A stretch of DNA of 62,451 nucleotides, counting the filler. It is 4 parts of 4 records of this genome, joined end to end, with 100 filler letters (N's around TTAATTAATTAA, not from the genome) between each part and the next. Parts side by side here need not be neighbours in the genome. Positions count along the whole stretch, not along the records: positions 41,103 to 53,944 come from SRR20825019_1909; positions 54,045 to 62,451 come from SRR20825019_1913; 2 more parts are not named here. One strand, given 5' to 3'. The translations under genes were made by a program, and so were the position numbers. How positions within the stretch are numbered: position 1 is the stretch's first letter; every line of letters starts with the position of its first letter. This document shows, piece after piece, positions 47,174 to 55,047 of the stretch. The notes under the pieces were generated by a model that was not told the DNA's origin, ran no database searches, and worked only from the letters and a program-made list of their open reading frames with translations.

Positions 47174-47923
47174 TCACTTCTCCACCGGATTACCAGCGTC
47201 GGTCCAGCCGATCATGCCTGTCTGGTGGGTATAGACCTTGGTATATCCGCCCTGCTCGGTCATTGCCCGGGCCAATACCAGGGAGCGCCGGCCGGAACGG
47301 CAGATTAGCACCACCTCGTCATCCTGCTTGATCAGCTTTTCCAACGCAGTGGGAAATGATTGCGCGAACTGACCGTCCTTGCCGAAGGCCATCAGCCGCT
47401 GCACGCCGGGAATGGTTCCGGTTTCCGCCCATTCATCCGGACGGCGTATATCGAGCACGGTCACACCGCGCTCCATCAAAGCCTTCAGTTCGGCATTGCC
47501 AATTGACTGGAATTTCGGTCCCTCGACCGCAAGCAACTCCACTTCAAACCGCAAGGCGGCATTCGGAGGAATCACACCACCCGCACCGCTCGCGCCATAT
47601 GCCAGTTGCGGCGGAATGGTGAGTTCGCGCTTACCGCCAACCTTCATGCCAACGACGCCCTGGTCCCAGCCGGGGATAACCTGACCGGCCCCGAGCGTGA
47701 AGCTGAAGGGCTGGTTCCGGTCATGGCTGGAATCGAACTTGGTCCCATCCAGCAGCCAGCCAGTGTAGTGCACGGTTACATTTGTGTTTTCTGCAGCGAT
47801 CGCACCGGTGCCGAGAACCATGTCGAGAACGGTCAGTTTGTCCGGCGGGGATTCATCGGCGGCATGCGCGGGCAACCAGCTGAGCACTGCGCCAACAAGG
47901 GCCGCGGCAATGGATTTCATCAT
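47174..47923 (-). CDS. Exported FKBP-type peptidyl-prolyl isomerase fused to a rhodanese domain
   Basis: Signal peptide; [16 protein letters not shown]...[10 protein letters not shown]...GGKREL.IPP.LAYG...FEVELL; then LDIRRPDEW...ICRSGRRS...GMIGW. Confidence 0.9.
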   Translation of the reverse strand: MMKSIAAALVGAVLSWLPAHAADESPPDKLTVLDMVLGTGAIAAENTNVTVHYTGWLLDGTKFDSSHDRNQPFSFTLGAGQVIPGWDQGVVGMKVGGKRELTIPPQLAYGASGAGGVIPPNAALRFEVELLAVEGPKFQSIGNAELKALMERGVTVLDIRRPDEWAETGTIPGVQRLMAFGKDGQFAQSFPTALEKLIKQDDEVVLICRSGRRSLVLARAMTEQGGYTKVYTHQTGMIGWTDAGNPVEK

Positions 47924-48004
47924 TGGAAATGGTCCTGATGCAGCGATAACAAGCCCACAGCCTAACGGCGCACGCCGACAAGTCCAGACCCGGAAAGCGG
48001 TGGC

Positions 48005-48694
48005 CTATTCGGGCAGTGTCATTCGCCAGGCCTCGGCACCTTTCAGGGCTTCGGCCTGTCCCTTGTCATCAAGCGCACCACGGACCGCGCGCATGGCCGG
48101 GGCAACACCTTCGGCATCCGCGCGCTCGGCCAGAATGAGCCATTTCAGAGCCTCTACGAGGTCCTGATCCACCCCTTCGCCCCGGGCATAAAGAATACCG
48201 AGCGGCAAGAAAGCCTGACGCACGCCCTTGCCCGCGGAAATTTCATACAGCCGCGCCGCCTCCTTCGGATCGCGCTTGCCGCCCGAGCCGGTTTCCAGCA
48301 TGACCGCATAATTGAACTCGGCTTCGCGAAGCCCCGCCTCGGCAGCCGCACCGAACCATTTGCGCGCCAGGGGAAGGGATCTGTCGACGCCCTGCCCGAT
48401 CTGGTAAAGTACGCCGAGACGGTACTGGGCGAGCGCGAAGCCTCCCTCGGCTGCCTTCTTGTACAGCTCGACAGCCTGTGCCTTGTCCGCCTCGCCCTTC
48501 GTGCCTTGCGCGCCGCGCTCCAGCGCCAATCCGTAATAAAACTGCGCCTTGGCATCGCCCGCTTCCGCCTGTGCGCGATACCAATCCATGGCTTCGCCAT
48601 AGGTCTGACGCTTGCTGTCCGCCGCGAGAGAGGGAGCGGAACACAGACTGAGGAACGCGCATGCTGCGAGAAGTGGCGGGAGTACCCGTTTCAA
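48005..48694 (-). CDS. Exported Sel1-repeat (TPR) protein
   Basis: Repeated AQ..LG.LY..G.GV..D..A.KW...AA..G; probable TTG start at 48694 before a signal peptide ending APSLA. Confidence 0.85.
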   Translation of the reverse strand: MKRVLPPLLAACAFLSLCSAPSLAADSKRQTYGEAMDWYRAQAEAGDAKAQFYYGLALERGAQGTKGEADKAQAVELYKKAAEGGFALAQYRLGVLYQIGQGVDRSLPLARKWFGAAAEAGLREAEFNYAVMLETGSGGKRDPKEAARLYEISAGKGVRQAFLPLGILYARGEGVDQDLVEALKWLILAERADAEGVAPAMRAVRGALDDKGQAEALKGAEAWRMTLPE

Positions 48695-48728
48695 GGAATT
48701 TTCCGTTAATCTGGGGATACGAACGCCG

Positions 48729-48989
48729 TTACGGCGAAAGAGGTCCGGTACCGGCATTCGGGCGCGGCGCCGGCCCTTCATACCCGACAAGACGGTTCGC
48801 TTCCGAGCCGTCCAAAGGCTGACTGTAGCAATTAACCTTACCGATAGTCTTGTAACAGTAGCGGGGTTCAGGTGGAGGTGCCGGCTCCGACTGGGCGCGC
48901 GCACTGGTTTCCAACGGCAGGTTGGCACATGCCGAAACAAGGAAACAAACCAGTAGTATCAGCGCTCGAGCTGTCACCAAAGTCCCCAT
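48729..48989 (-). CDS. Small lipoprotein
   Basis: Lipobox LVSAC; YCYKTIGKVNCY motif. Confidence 0.7.
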   Translation of the reverse strand: MGTLVTARALILLVCFLVSACANLPLETSARAQSEPAPPPEPRYCYKTIGKVNCYSQPLDGSEANRLVGYEGPAPRPNAGTGPLSP

Positions 48990-49392
48990 ATATTAGTCAA
49001 GTCATTCTGAATGTGACTTTTTTACCCGTACTTGGCAATTGAAAAGCGGAATGGGTGAAGATGTGCCGCATCTCCACCCGGCCGAATATTTGCCATCGCC
49101 AGAGTCCTCTCTTGGGGACGGTAATGACCATACCGCCAAAAAACCAAACCGCTTCCACTCAAATACAGGCGCCGGAATTGACAGCGCCAAATGCCTCAAT
49201 AATCATGAACCCATGAGAACAGCCCTCGCCGCACGCATCTCCCGACGCCGACGCTGCACAAATCAGCAGTGTGCCGTGTGGAATCTGCGACAACGAAGAT
49301 AATTGGGGCATTCCCCACCTATTCATCACCCAGAAACCATCGCACCCTGCCCACCACCCGGTCGGCGGGATTTTCGTGTCTGTGAGAACCTG

Positions 49393-49887
49393 ATGCCCGA
49401 AGACATTTCAACAAGCTTCCGGCAGGCCCGGCCAGAAGACGCGCCGGCAATCCATGCGCTGGTGTGTGCAGCCTATGCGAAATGGGTCCCGATTATAGGC
49501 CGCGAGCCAAAACCGATGAGTGCCGACTATGAGCAAGCCATACAGGAGCATGATTTTACCCTGCTCTGCATCGGTGGGGAAATCGCCGGGTTGATCGAGA
49601 CGATGACGCGCAACGATCATCTGTGGATCGAAAATGTCGCCGTCACTCCGGCGCGTCAGGGAATGGGGCTGGGCCGCCGGCTTCTCGAGCATGCCGAAGA
49701 GACAGCCGAACAATCTGGTTTGACGAAAATATCCCTACTGACAAATGCGGATTTCAAAGCAAACGTCACGCTCTACGAAAAGATTGGATATGTCACTACG
49801 GTGCGAGAGCCGTTCATGGGCGGCACGACACTTTACATGAGCAAGTCACTTGGCGACGGCGCGCGAGACGCTGCAGAGACCGACTAA
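49393..49887 (+). CDS. GNAT-family N-acetyltransferase
   Basis: IENVAVTPARQGMGLGRRLL, N..LYEKIGY. Confidence 0.9.
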   Translation: MPEDISTSFRQARPEDAPAIHALVCAAYAKWVPIIGREPKPMSADYEQAIQEHDFTLLCIGGEIAGLIETMTRNDHLWIENVAVTPARQGMGLGRRLLEHAEETAEQSGLTKISLLTNADFKANVTLYEKIGYVTTVREPFMGGTTLYMSKSLGDGARDAAETD

Positions 49888-49960
49888 CCATTGCACCGCG
49901 GGGCATAATCGCCTGCAATGCCTTCACCTCTCATCGCCTCTAACCCGCCGGGATCATCTC

Positions 49961-50917
49961 ATGTCATCGCACGGATACGAAACGGGCCGCCTCAACCTGC
50001 CTTTCGTCGGCATCGCAACCTTCGGCAAATATCCCTACCAGCCGGACTGGGACGCCATTGAGGCGGATGTCGCGGTGCTTGGCGCGCCGTTCGATTTCGG
50101 CACCCAGTTCAGGCCTGGCGCCCGGTTTGGCCCGCGCGGCATCCGGGAGGCCTCCACCCTGTTCTCCTTCGGGCATGGCGGCGCCTACGATCATGAGGAC
50201 GACATCACCTACCTGCCGGCGGAGACGACGCGGATCATCGATCTGGGCGATGCGGACATCATCCATACGGACACGGATCAGAGCCACGCCAATATCGAAT
50301 TCGGCGTGCGCAAGATCCTGAAGGCCGGCGCCATCCCGGTGGTGCTGGGCGGCGATCACTCGGTGAACATTCCCTGTATCAACGCCTTCTCAGAGGAGGA
50401 ACCCATCCATCTGGTGCAGATCGACGCCCATCTCGATTTCGTCGATGAGCGGCACGGCGTGCGCAGCGGCCATGGCAACCCGATGCGGCGCGCGGCGGAA
50501 AAGCCCTACGTCACCGGCCTCAGCCAGATCGGCATTCGCAACGTGTCTTCGACAGCGCGAGAGGGATATGAAGACGCCCGCTCCATGGGCTCCGATATCC
50601 TCTCCGTCCGTCAGTTTCGCAAACTCGGCGTCGAAGGCGTGCTGGAACGCATCCCCGCCGGCAAACGCTATTACGTCACCATCGATATCGACGGCTTCGA
50701 CCCCTCCATCGCCCCCGGCACCGGCACCCCGAGCCATGGCGGGTTTACCTATTACGAAGGGTTGGAACTGCTGGATGGACTGACCACGCGCGGGACTGTG
50801 GTTGGCGTCGATCTGGTCGAAGTCGCGCCGGATTATGATCATTCCGGCAGCACCACGACGCTGGCCGCGCAATTGCTGCTGAATTTCATCGGGCGGATTC
50901 TGCATCACCGGAAGTGA
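49961..50917 (+). CDS. speB: Agmatinase / ureohydrolase family
   Basis: GARFGPRGIR, LGGDHS, DAHLD, DIDGFDPSIAPGTGTP, DLVEVAP. Confidence 0.9.
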   Translation: MSSHGYETGRLNLPFVGIATFGKYPYQPDWDAIEADVAVLGAPFDFGTQFRPGARFGPRGIREASTLFSFGHGGAYDHEDDITYLPAETTRIIDLGDADIIHTDTDQSHANIEFGVRKILKAGAIPVVLGGDHSVNIPCINAFSEEEPIHLVQIDAHLDFVDERHGVRSGHGNPMRRAAEKPYVTGLSQIGIRNVSSTAREGYEDARSMGSDILSVRQFRKLGVEGVLERIPAGKRYYVTIDIDGFDPSIAPGTGTPSHGGFTYYEGLELLDGLTTRGTVVGVDLVEVAPDYDHSGSTTTLAAQLLLNFIGRILHHRK

Positions 50918-51012
50918 ATTAGGAACCTAGTCGGCCAAAACACTCTCAAAACCCCTCATATACCGAATAGCGATACGGGCAATAACGTCAATCGCATTTA
51001 ACGATATCGGTT

Positions 51013-51255
51013 ATGAGCAAAGTCCAGTACACTGCCACCGCGCTGAAGCAGATGAGGAAACTGGCGCCGGAAATCCGAGAGCGGCTCCGGTCCAAAATTT
51101 CCGAATATGCCGAGACAGGAAAAGGCGACGTGACTGCAATGCAGGGCGAGCCCGTATTCCGACTCAGGGTTGGTGATTATCGTGTCGTCTTCAGCAATGG
51201 CGCCACCGGAATTTCCATTCTGCGTGCCGGGCATCGACGCGAAATTTATCGGTAG
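51013..51255 (+). CDS. RelE/ParE-family toxin
   Basis: 80 aa; A.KQMRKL, FRLRVGDYRVVF, GHRREIY. Confidence 0.9.
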   Translation: MSKVQYTATALKQMRKLAPEIRERLRSKISEYAETGKGDVTAMQGEPVFRLRVGDYRVVFSNGATGISILRAGHRREIYR

Positions 51256-51266
51256 GGCTAATCGAT

Positions 51267-51656
51267 ATGAGCACAATCCAGATCATCACCTCACCGTCCG
51301 GCGAGCAAATGGTCGTCCTCTCCAAGGAGGAATTCGACCTGATGGCTGCCAACCAATTCGATGAGGATGCGGAAACCTTGCGCATCTATCGGGAATCCAT
51401 GACCGCTATCGAACGCGGCGAGGATATCGCCCTACCGGAAGCAATCTGGGATCGGCTGGAAGCGCGCGAAAGCCCCGTCCGCGTGCTGCGGGAATTCCGC
51501 TCCATGACCCAGAAGGAACTGGCGGAAGCTGCCAGTATTTCCCAGAGCTATCTTTCCGAAATAGAACGCGGCGCCCGCGAAGGAACACTCAGCACGATCA
51601 AGGCGATAGCCAAAGCGCTTGCCGTACCGCTGACGGTATTGACCGAGGATTACTGA
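51267..51656 (+). CDS. XRE-family HTH antitoxin (HigA-like)
   Basis: Immediately after the toxin; VRVLREFRSMTQKELAEAASISQSYLSEIERG. Confidence 0.85.
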   Translation: MSTIQIITSPSGEQMVVLSKEEFDLMAANQFDEDAETLRIYRESMTAIERGEDIALPEAIWDRLEARESPVRVLREFRSMTQKELAEAASISQSYLSEIERGAREGTLSTIKAIAKALAVPLTVLTEDY

Positions 51657-51683
51657 CGACAATCCTATTGATATCCGGCCCTG

Positions 51684-52301
51684 TCATGCGTTCGGATCCT
51701 TACCCGCAATCCGGCCGGAATGGATATTGCTCCCGCTGATCCTCATGCCATTCCGGAGTGGACGGCGCAGCACTCTTGGCCCGCTTGGATCGATCACGAG
51801 CTTTCCTGCATCGTAGAGAGCCTGTATCCGGGCACGTCCAACCCCGAATTCCTCGGCCAGAAACCTGTCGAGCCGCATTGCGACGGGGTTTGGCACGACG
51901 AGCCTGACCTCGAACGCCTCGCCTCCACGTCCACCCTCTTCGACTTGCTTGCTTACCTGAATGCCACCGAACACCGCGACACGTGGGGCCCAGCGTTTCA
52001 GATCGGCGATATCGAGCGCAATGTTGTCTGCCAGTTCCTGGTCGTTGCCTTGCAGAGCCCGAAGATATGCCGGTTCCAGAAGACTCACCGGGCGACGCTC
52101 AAGCAGCGGCCGGTTCCATGTGCTCTCGCACATTGCGCACTTATAGATCAGCCAGGCATCGAGTTTCTTGCCGTTACTGTTCACTCTGATTTTGCCGCTG
52201 CTAACAAAATTCGAGACCTTGCCGCAGCGCCTGCAATGTAGCTGCGGCTGCGGAGCCACCGTCGGGGTGACGGTCCAAATGGCCCGGAGAATAGTGGACA
52301 T
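51684..52301 (-). CDS. DUF1062 domain protein (Zn-ribbon plus S4-like C-terminus)
   Basis: C..C...F.SSGK.RVN.NGK.LDAWLIYKC..C..TWN; RLDRFLAEEFGVGRARIQ. Confidence 0.8.
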   Translation of the reverse strand: MSTILRAIWTVTPTVAPQPQLHCRRCGKVSNFVSSGKIRVNSNGKKLDAWLIYKCAMCESTWNRPLLERRPVSLLEPAYLRALQGNDQELADNIALDIADLKRWAPRVAVFGGIQVSKQVEEGGRGGEAFEVRLVVPNPVAMRLDRFLAEEFGVGRARIQALYDAGKLVIDPSGPRVLRRPLRNGMRISGSNIHSGRIAGKDPNA

Positions 52302-52635
52302 GCCGGTTCGCTCTTCCCACTGGGAAGCTCGCCGGGCAGCGGTATCGACAGGTGCCGATCAGGCGCGGTGACAGAACGGATTCTAGGACAGAATGATGCG
52401 GTGGCCGGAAAATCCGGCGCGGGTCAGCCGTGCCAAACCGGTCTCGACCGCCACCACACGAAACTTCCATGACGAAATAAGCGGCACCGCAAATGCGGAC
52501 CGCACTGGAAATCGTGGTTCTGGTGAGACCGGCAGTTAACTCGGCAAACTGGCTCTACCCGCTGAATTATCGAGAAGGCTCTAAATATCCGCGCATATCT
52601 CTGGAGACAAGTCCTCATGGGCTTACCACCGGAAA

Positions 52636-52665
52636 CGAAAAAGGCGGGTCAAAAACCCGCCTTCG
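52636..52665 (-). terminator. Rho-independent terminator downstream of Fe-ADH
   Basis: AAGGCGGGT-caaaa-ACCCGCCTT hairpin with an A-run on its left (U-tract on the minus strand). Confidence 0.75.
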
Positions 52666-52690
52666 TTCGCAATGATATTCGTTCAACCCG

Positions 52691-53836
52691 TCAGATCGAC
52701 TGCTTGAACAGCTCCGTCAGGTTCTTCACCGTCAGCTCCACCGGGTTGCCGCCGCAGCTCGGGTCATCGATGGCCATGGCTGCCAGCTCGTCGATCCGGT
52801 CGGTGCCGACGCCGAGGGCGGACATCTTGTCGGGGATCGCCAGGTCCTCGCGCAGCTTCAGCACGTAGTCGAAGAAGCCGTCGAAGCCGCCAGAAATGCC
52901 GAGATAGGCCGACGCCTGCGTGAGCCTGTCCTCAATGGCCGGGCGGTTGAAGCGTAGCACCGGGGGCATGACCACGGCGTTGGTGGTCCCGTGGTGCGTG
53001 TTATAGACAGCGCCGAGCGGGTGAGACAAAGCGTGGATAGCACCGAGGCCCTTCTGGAAAGCCGTGGCGCCCATGGCGGCCGCGCTCATCATGTGGGCGC
53101 GGGCTTCAAGGTCGGAGCCGTCTGCATAGGCGCGCGGCAGATACTCTTTCACCAGCCGCAGGCCTTCGAGCGCAATGCCCTGGCTCATCGGGTGGTAATG
53201 CGGGCTGCAGAAGGCTTCCAGGCAATGGGCGAAGGCGTCCATGCCGGTGCCGGCCGTGATCGGCTTCGGCATGCCGACGGTCAGCTCCGGATCGCAGATC
53301 ACCACGCTCGGCAGAACCTTCGGATGGAAGATGATCTTCTTCACGTGGGTTTCCGAATTGGTCAGCACGCTGGCGCGGCCGACTTCGGAACCGGTTCCGG
53401 CCGTGGTCGGCACGGCAACGTTCGGATAGATCGCGTCGGCATCGGCGCGGGTCCACCAGTCGCCAATATCCTCATAATCCCAGACCGAGCCTTTCTGGTC
53501 CGCCATGAAGGCGACCATCTTGCCGAGATCGAGGCCGGAGCCGCCGCCGAAGGCGATGACGCCGTCATGATTGCCGTCCTTGAAAACCTTGATACCGGCT
53601 TCGAGATTCTTCTCGTTCGGGTTCGGATCGACTTGCGCGAACATTGCCCGGCCGAGCCCGGCGGCTTCCATCAGATCCAGCGTCTTCGCGGTGATCGGCA
53701 GGCTCGCCAGTCCCTTGTCCGTGACCAGCAGCGGGCGCTTGATACCAGCGGCGGCACAGGCCTCGCCGATTTCGGCAATACGTCCGGCACCGAAGCGGAT
53801 CGCGGTCGGGTAGCTCCAGTTGGCTTTGATGCTCAT
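52691..53836 (-). CDS. Iron-containing alcohol dehydrogenase
   Basis: MSIKANWSYPT, GGGSGLD, PTTAGTGSEV, DAFAHCLE, IHALSH, HHG. Confidence 0.93.
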   Translation of the reverse strand: MSIKANWSYPTAIRFGAGRIAEIGEACAAAGIKRPLLVTDKGLASLPITAKTLDLMEAAGLGRAMFAQVDPNPNEKNLEAGIKVFKDGNHDGVIAFGGGSGLDLGKMVAFMADQKGSVWDYEDIGDWWTRADADAIYPNVAVPTTAGTGSEVGRASVLTNSETHVKKIIFHPKVLPSVVICDPELTVGMPKPITAGTGMDAFAHCLEAFCSPHYHPMSQGIALEGLRLVKEYLPRAYADGSDLEARAHMMSAAAMGATAFQKGLGAIHALSHPLGAVYNTHHGTTNAVVMPPVLRFNRPAIEDRLTQASAYLGISGGFDGFFDYVLKLREDLAIPDKMSALGVGTDRIDELAAMAIDDPSCGGNPVELTVKNLTELFKQSI

Positions 53837-53841
53837 GGCAC

Positions 53842-53944
53842 TCAGGCTTTCTTCAGATGGTATGATTTCGGACGGGTCAGGTTCTGGAAACCGATGATGG
53901 ACAGCGCGCCGCCACGGCCGGTATCCTTGCAGCCGGTCCAGCAC
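53842..53944 (-). CDS. C-terminal fragment of an aldehyde dehydrogenase (contig edge)
   Basis: CWTGCKDTGRGGALSIIGFQNLTRPKSYHLKKA*, stop 5 nt before the Fe-ADH ATG. Confidence 0.8.
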
Positions 53945-54044
53945 NNNNNNNNNNNNNNNNNNNNNNNNNNNNNNNNNNNNNNNNNNNNTTAATTAATTAA
54001 NNNNNNNNNNNNNNNNNNNNNNNNNNNNNNNNNNNNNNNNNNNN
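53945..54044. other. Artificial contig linker
   Basis: N44-TTAATTAATTAA-N44. Confidence 0.98.
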
Positions 54045-54070
54045 CACACACACACACACACACACACACA
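54045..54070. repeat. (CA)n microsatellite at the contig start
   Basis: cacaca... run. Confidence 0.9.
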
Positions 54071-54431
54071 AAAGCCCCAAACCCAAGCGCCCGGTGCCCA
54101 GCGGGAGGGCGCGTCGCCTCCGCAACGGGGGCCGGTTCGGGCCGGCCGCGGTCTCCGCGCAGCCCGGCCGGCTCCCGGAGGTGGGCCGAGGGTCAGCGGC
54201 CCCAGCCAGGGACAGGGGCGGCACCCCCTAGTCAGTCTGGCCTACCGCTTACTGATAATGAGGCTTTCAGACGGACCGCGCCGACTGCAAGTTTGTCCGC
54301 GGTCGTCCAAGACGGCGGGCGCCTCTGACTCCCACCCGAATGCATCCATGGAGTGCGCTGGCGGAGCGAAGGTAGACCTGACTCAGTCAGTCCTGTCCGG
54401 TTGAAATCCCCCAGCACCCTCCACAGATCAT

Positions 54432-54613
54432 CGGTCGGTTTGAAATGACCGGTCGCCGCAGCGGTTGAGGAGCTGGACGGTCGTCGTCCCGGCTGGGGGT
54501 TACGCTGTTTCATGTATGTTCGGGTGATTCGGATCATGACTGATCCGGTCGGTTCGAAATCACCGGTCAGGTCGCCGCAGCGGTTCACGAGCTGCCCGGT
54601 CGTCCCGGCTGGG
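54432..54613. repeat. Imperfect ~68-bp direct repeat (54432-54497 and 54546-54613)
   Basis: cggtcggtt(t/c)gaaat(g/c)accgg...tcgccgcagcggtt...gagctg...gtcgtcccggctggg occurs twice. Confidence 0.8.
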
Positions 54614-55047
54614 CTAACCGCGAACCGCCGGCCCCGGTCGACGGCCTCAACGGTGGTCCCGTCCGGTCGCCGTTGGAGGACCACGACCGCAGACCCGGCC
54701 GCGGGCCCCGCGGCCTCCTCCCTCGCGCGGGTCGGGTCCGCCGGGGGGTGAGGAGGGGTGACCCCGGGCACCTATTACCCATTACCGGCCGAGGGGCAGG
54801 TCGCCGTCTGTTCGCGAACCGTGACGGATTGGACCGCCCGGTTCCTCCCGCAGTTGGTGGCACCCGATCATTCCCTCAGGCTGGGTCCCACTCGAGCCCC
54901 ACCCTTCCTCGCTCATGGAGAGCCAGACCTCTGCCGTACCGTCCGTGTGGCTCCAGAGTCCGCCAACACCTGTGTGCTCACGTCGCCATGCTGTATTTAT
55001 TCGTGCGCTGTCGAATGTGTGGTTTTCCCAAGAAGAGACCGTCTCCA

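Noticed and set aside
45543-47331. Long plus-strand ORFs (294 aa, 373 aa) and similar ones at 41051-42001, 42173-43108 and 52991-53992
   Set aside because: Antisense shadows of well-supported high-GC bacterial genes
49889-49920. CATTGCA...TGCAATG inverted repeat upstream of agmatinase, as a possible guanidine riboswitch
   Set aside because: I could not identify guanidine-I/II/III consensus features such as paired ACGR-loop hairpins; too short to call
41103-53944. Bacterial segment as HGT, prophage or CRISPR locus
   Set aside because: No native junction to eukaryotic DNA; no integrase, transposase, phage genes or repeat-spacer array seen
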